From Promethearchaeota archaeon (GTDB lineage: Archaea > Asgardarchaeota > Lokiarchaeia > Sigyniarchaeales > SOKP01), in contig JAEOTP010000036.1 of assembly GCA_016839765.1 (NCBI GenBank), positions 1 through 19,629 of the forward strand: a DNA stretch of 19,629 nucleotides. The letters are read 5' to 3'. The notes beneath the pieces are model-generated. The model searched no databases. It was not told where the DNA came from and saw only the letters and a program-made list of their open reading frames with translations. The number at the start of each line of letters is the position of its first letter. Positions within the stretch are counted from its first letter, which is position 1. The translations under genes were made by a program, and so were the position numbers. Positions 15,562-19,629 of the stretch are shown here, in pieces.

Positions 15562-17187
15562 TTAGGAATTTAGTCGCTTATATGTTTTTCCCATGATTTT
15601 ATATATGTTTAAATATTCCTCGAATAGTTTATCATAAATGGCTCTATTTTCTGGATTTGGTTCATATGTATTTGAAAATTGGATGTGTTTTTGAATATGA
15701 TCCCACTCGATATATCCAAGTCCCACTGAAGCAATAAAAGCAGCTCCACGAGCATTTGCCTGGATAGGGTTTTTTACTTGTTTTACTCTCCTATTTAAAA
15801 CATCTGCAAATATTTGACACCAAACATTACTACTTGCACCACCACCAATTAAACTTAGTTCTGGGATAACTACATCTTTTTTTGAAATGCTAATGCCTCC
15901 TTTTTTTTTCTGCTTACATATAAATCTTTCAACATATGTGAAAAGCCATTTAATATTATATGCTACACCCTCAAAAATTGCTCTAATAAGGTGTTCCCTT
16001 GACATTTCTAAAGAAATATTATATAAACCCCCTCTAACTGTGTGATCATCGGCAGGAGTTCTCTCTCCTATAAGCCATGGGGTAAAAATAAGATTATTTG
16101 CTCCTGGGGGTGTTTTTTCTACAATTCTATCAAAAATTTTATAGACATCAGGAACAGCCTCTTCTCTTAAAAGTTCATCTTTATGATAAAGAATTTTATC
16201 CCTTAGAAATGATAATGTGCCTCCTGCAATTTCTTGTTCATTAATTATCATATATCTTCCTGGAATTCCTGAAGCTATTGCTCCCATGTTATGAAAAATA
16301 TCTGTATTTTTATAAGGAACATGACAAATAATCCAATCACTCGTGCCGATATACACATGAGTTTCATAATCTCGAACAGCACCCGAACCGATTGCGGCAC
16401 AAGGAACATCAGGAGCTCCAGCAATTACCTTTGTACTTCTTTCTAATCCTAATTCATCTGCTACCTCTTTCTTTACTGAACCTAAAATATCAGTAGAATT
16501 TACTAACTCGGAAGGAAGTTTTTCCTTATCAATTTTCATCATTTTAATTAACTTTTTTGAATATCTAATATTATTAATATCTCTTATATCAGTTAGCCAA
16601 TGAATTCCAATAGTTGTATAGGATGAGGCAAATTTTCCAGTTAATTTTAAATTAATATAATCTTGGGGCTCTAGAAACATATAAGTTTTATTATAAATAT
16701 CTGGACGTTCATTTTTAAGCCATAATATATGTGCGACAGGATCCTTACCACTTAAAGTTGGAGCTCCACCAGTTCGTTTAACAAATTTTAAAGCTTTAAT
16801 AACATTTAATCCATCAAACTTGATTAGACCCTTGTAAAATTTTTTGATATAAGAGGCCCCACGAGTATCCATCCAGATAATTGCATTCATTAAATGGTTT
16901 CCATCTTCGTCTAAAGGTACTGTACCGCTCCATTGGCTTGTATTGCAAACACCAACAATATCTTCTACAGGGACACAACCAGTATCAATCACTTGTTTTG
17001 ATGTCTTTAATATAGCATTCCACCAATCATCTGGATTTTGTTCTACTCCCCCTCCTTTCTCTACATATAAGGGAACTTCATGAAATGCCCATTCAAGAAC
17101 ATCACCATGAGTTGATACAATTGCTGCTTTCGGACCTCCTGTACCATGATCTATCGCAAGGATATATTTTTTTTCGGTAATCGTCAT
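15562..17187 (-). CDS. FGGY-family carbohydrate kinase (xylulokinase-like)
   Basis: YILAIDHGTGGPKA, EQNPDDWWNA, AIIWMDTR, YIGTSDW, FTPWLIGERTP, RAIFEGVA, GGGASSNVWCQIFADV. Confidence 0.92.
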   Translation of the reverse strand: MTITEKKYILAIDHGTGGPKAAIVSTHGDVLEWAFHEVPLYVEKGGGVEQNPDDWWNAILKTSKQVIDTGCVPVEDIVGVCNTSQWSGTVPLDEDGNHLMNAIIWMDTRGASYIKKFYKGLIKFDGLNVIKALKFVKRTGGAPTLSGKDPVAHILWLKNERPDIYNKTYMFLEPQDYINLKLTGKFASSYTTIGIHWLTDIRDINNIRYSKKLIKMMKIDKEKLPSELVNSTDILGSVKKEVADELGLERSTKVIAGAPDVPCAAIGSGAVRDYETHVYIGTSDWIICHVPYKNTDIFHNMGAIASGIPGRYMIINEQEIAGGTLSFLRDKILYHKDELLREEAVPDVYKIFDRIVEKTPPGANNLIFTPWLIGERTPADDHTVRGGLYNISLEMSREHLIRAIFEGVAYNIKWLFTYVERFICKQKKKGGISISKKDVVIPELSLIGGGASSNVWCQIFADVLNRRVKQVKNPIQANARGAAFIASVGLGYIEWDHIQKHIQFSNTYEPNPENRAIYDKLFEEYLNIYKIMGKTYKRLNS

Positions 17188-17332
17188 AATTAAATTAAAT
17201 GTTGTAAAACTAAATAAAGGTTCTTTTACCAGAATTGCTTCTAAATTCTATAAAAAATAAAGTTATTTTTTGATGCTACTCTTTAATAATCAATCTATTA
17301 AAATTATCTAATTAACTGGTTTTTATATAAAA

Positions 17333-18742
17333 ATGTGTAGTATGAAATATGAAGAGCAAATTGCCAAAATCGAAAATATTGTAAGCCATCCATTGAGAAA
17401 ATTTAAGCCAGGAGAATTAAGAGGAATCATTGAAAGATATGAAAATAACCATCGAAAATCAAAACAAGCTTTTGAAAGAGCTCTTAAAGTTATTCCTGGG
17501 GGGGTTGAACACAATTTAGCCTTCAATTTTCCTTTTCCATTGACTAGCAAACGGGTATATAATTGTTATATGGAAACAATTGATGGAGTTACATTGTTGG
17601 ACTACTTAATGTGTGGTGGCCCTATAATATTGGGTCATAATTACAAACCTTTGACAGAAAAAATTCTAGAAGTTATTAAAGAATCTGCTCCCTGTCATGG
17701 AATAACAAGTGAGTATGAATATCTAGCAGCAGAACAACTTCAAAAACATTTTCCTTCATGTGAAAAAATTAGGTGGCTGCAAACTGGAACTGAAACAGAT
17801 ATGCTAGCTATTCGAGTAGCTCGCGTTTTCACAGGAAAAAAACATGTCATAAAAGTAGGTGGAAGTTATCATGGATGGTCTGATCAACTTGTTTATGATA
17901 TGCATGTTCCAGGAACTAAAAGAATGGAATCTCATGGGATTCCTAAAGAAATGTATAAATATATGGATTCAGTTCCCCCAAATGATATTGAAGCTTTAAG
18001 AGACATGTTTAAGGAAAAGAAAAAAGTAGCAGCTGTAATTATAGAGCCGATGGGTGGAGAAAGTGGAGCAATTCCTGTCCGCCCCGAATTTAATAAAGAA
18101 GTAGAAGAGATTTGTCATCAAAATGACACGCTCTTAATTAGCGATGAAGTTGTGTGCGCATTTAGGTTACATATGGGAGGAGGTCAAGCTTATTTTGATT
18201 ATACGCCCGATCTTTCTGTTTTTGGCAAAATTGTAGGTCATGGTTATCCTTCTGCTGCAGCATTAGGCGGTAGAGCTGACATTATGGCTACTGTAGCTGC
18301 GGGAGTGGGTGGAGGAGCTAAAAGGGCATATTGTGGTGGTACGTTAGCAGCAAATCCTTTAACTTGTGCTGCTGCCTATTGGGCAATGAAATATGTAGAG
18401 GAAACTAATGCTACAGAAATTGCAGGAAGAGCAGCAACTAGACTCTCAACTGGATTGAATGAAGTATTTGAAAAGTATAATTTACCATGGTTTTCTTACA
18501 ATTATGGAGGCACAGTGCATTTCCATTCATCGTGTGTATTTGGTTTGGATATTACTGATCCTAAGCAAGGTCCTCAGATAAAACATCGTAAAGAATTTAT
18601 GGAACATATGGGTGCTGCTTTAGTTGATCAAGAAATAATTAGTGTTGCTGGAAGTCGCTTTTACACTTGTATGCTTCATGACGATGAAATTATCTACAAT
18701 ACAATAAAAAAGATGGAAAAAATTTGCCAAAAGATTGAATAA
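17333..18742 (+). CDS. Class III PLP-dependent aminotransferase, HemL/GSA-aminomutase-like paralog
   Basis: IPGGV, DY..CGGPIILGH, GSYHGW, AAVIIEP, LLISDEV..AFR, PDLSVFGK (PLP Lys), GGTLAANP. The start may be ATG 17342. Confidence 0.9.
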   Translation: MCSMKYEEQIAKIENIVSHPLRKFKPGELRGIIERYENNHRKSKQAFERALKVIPGGVEHNLAFNFPFPLTSKRVYNCYMETIDGVTLLDYLMCGGPIILGHNYKPLTEKILEVIKESAPCHGITSEYEYLAAEQLQKHFPSCEKIRWLQTGTETDMLAIRVARVFTGKKHVIKVGGSYHGWSDQLVYDMHVPGTKRMESHGIPKEMYKYMDSVPPNDIEALRDMFKEKKKVAAVIIEPMGGESGAIPVRPEFNKEVEEICHQNDTLLISDEVVCAFRLHMGGGQAYFDYTPDLSVFGKIVGHGYPSAAALGGRADIMATVAAGVGGGAKRAYCGGTLAANPLTCAAAYWAMKYVEETNATEIAGRAATRLSTGLNEVFEKYNLPWFSYNYGGTVHFHSSCVFGLDITDPKQGPQIKHRKEFMEHMGAALVDQEIISVAGSRFYTCMLHDDEIIYNTIKKMEKICQKIE

Positions 18743-18887
18743 ATCTTTAAAATCTTATTTTATTCCAATTCTAAATTTAAATTAATCGTTTAATTAATTT
18801 AGTAAAGTGAAAAATTAGTATAATTATATATTTTTCCTTGAATTAATTCTTTTAAAAAAATTTTATTTTAGAAACCACTAATTTTTC

Positions 18888-19629
18888 ATGAAAAATAATA
18901 AATTAAGTACATATTTTTTAGCTAAAAATATTTCCTATGAAATTCTTATAGAGGAACAGCTTCAACTAAAAAGTGAAGCTACACAGCGAATACTAGAAAG
19001 ATATAGTAAGAGAAGAAGTTCTCTAAAACTAAAATTTGTATCCTATAAAATTATTAATTCAATAATTTTTGGAATATTACCAATTTTTCCATTAATAGCT
19101 TATTTGGAGCTTACCAACTTATTTGTAAGTGGGTCAGTTCCTGTTCAAATTGCTATATTTACAAAAAGTTTGATCTTCCAAATATTCTTTACTTTACAAT
19201 TTTTAGATTTCTTCTTAATGGGACTTTTCAGTTTAATAAATATTATGTCTGGAGAGATTTTTGAATGGTTTAAAACATTGCCTTTACCCAAAAAAAAATT
19301 GAAAAAATTGGCTTTTTTTACTCTTATCCATAATTTTGATTTACCAATTCTGGCAAATATATTTGTATTTCCTATAATAATGCTCTTTGCTACTCAAAAT
19401 GTGATTATATTTCTTATTTCACTAGGAACTTCATTTCTAAATAACTTTTTTTCAATTACAATATTAATTATTCTAGGGGAAAAGATCGCTAAAAGGATAA
19501 AAATACAGAATATTAAGGCTAAAAAATCGCTTTTTTTTCAATTATTAAATACTTTGAGTTATGCTTTAATTATATTTGGGAGTATCTTTATAATCCAGAT
19601 GACTTTAAGTTCACTGGTTAACATTATGA
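18888..19629 (+). CDS. Multi-pass membrane protein, probable ABC-2-type permease (partial, runs off the 3' end; missing from the ORF track)
   Basis: ATG 18888 is open to the window end: MKNNKLSTYFLAKNISYEILIEEQL...; several TM helices with the IFEWFKTLPL loop typical of ABC-2 permeases. Confidence 0.75.
   Translation, partial: MKNNKLSTYFLAKNISYEILIEEQLQLKSEATQRILERYSKRRSSLKLKFVSYKIINSIIFGILPIFPLIAYLELTNLFVSGSVPVQIAIFTKSLIFQIFFTLQFLDFFLMGLFSLINIMSGEIFEWFKTLPLPKKKLKKLAFFTLIHNFDLPILANIFVFPIIMLFATQNVIIFLISLGTSFLNNFFSITILIILGEKIAKRIKIQNIKAKKSLFFQLLNTLSYALIIFGSIFIIQMTLSSLVNIM

Noticed and set aside
17320-17333. 14-bp palindrome TTTTTATATAAAAA before the aminotransferase
   Set aside because: All A/T, and too close to the candidate start codons to be confidently called a TATA box or operator.
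443-17550. Short ORFs antisense or out of frame within larger genes (443..742, 1631..1819, 5216..5464, 5225..5482, 6138..6323, 7871..8191, 8351..8704, 9639..9836, 10356..10658, 13430..13684, 14225..14431, 14796..14981, 17323..17550)
   Set aside because: Shadow ORFs of well-supported CDSs, mostly with the Ser/Phe/Ile-rich composition expected from antisense reading, and no motifs.
17333-18742. Calling the aminotransferase hemL
   Set aside because: The HemL-specific motifs (GGVNSPVR, SGTEA, GCYHGH) are substituted and there are no tetrapyrrole genes nearby.
1-19629. tRNA/rRNA genes, CRISPR arrays, transposons, integrases or defence systems
   Set aside because: The intergenic gaps are short and AT-rich with no GC-rich structured segments or spaced direct repeats, and no ORF carries transposase, integrase or defence-nuclease motifs.

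Overview
Very AT-rich, gene-dense archaeal DNA. It is most likely from an Asgard archaeon (Lokiarchaeia/Promethearchaeia-like), inferred from the archaeal tRNA-modification genes, TATA-type promoters and families typical of Lokiarchaeia. The window holds 14 complete CDSs, one MFS gene broken by two -1 frameshifts, and two CDSs cut by the window edges. Housekeeping and metabolic genes: ICMT/PEMT-family methyltransferase, PfpI/DJ-1, rhomboid protease, endonuclease III, Trm11-like methylase, Taw2, long-chain acyl-CoA ligase, FGGY kinase, HemL-like class III aminotransferase and an ABC-2-type permease. No rRNA, tRNA, CRISPR array or mobile element was seen. The most interesting content is three signal-peptide-less hypothetical proteins that by eye resemble eukaryotic trafficking modules in unusual architectures: (i) a 704-aa protein with an N-terminal mu-homology-like (AP-mu/delta-COP) domain plus extra Ig domains; (ii) an IFT52-like GIFT domain fused to a ribbon-helix-helix, a coiled coil and a SAP/HeH domain; (iii) a Zn-finger fused to a folliculin/cDENN-like domain. 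There is also a PIMT homolog with eroded SAM-binding motifs and a long coiled-coil tail. All remote-homology calls are manual motif comparisons against eukaryotic sequences recalled from memory and need HMM or structure confirmation.
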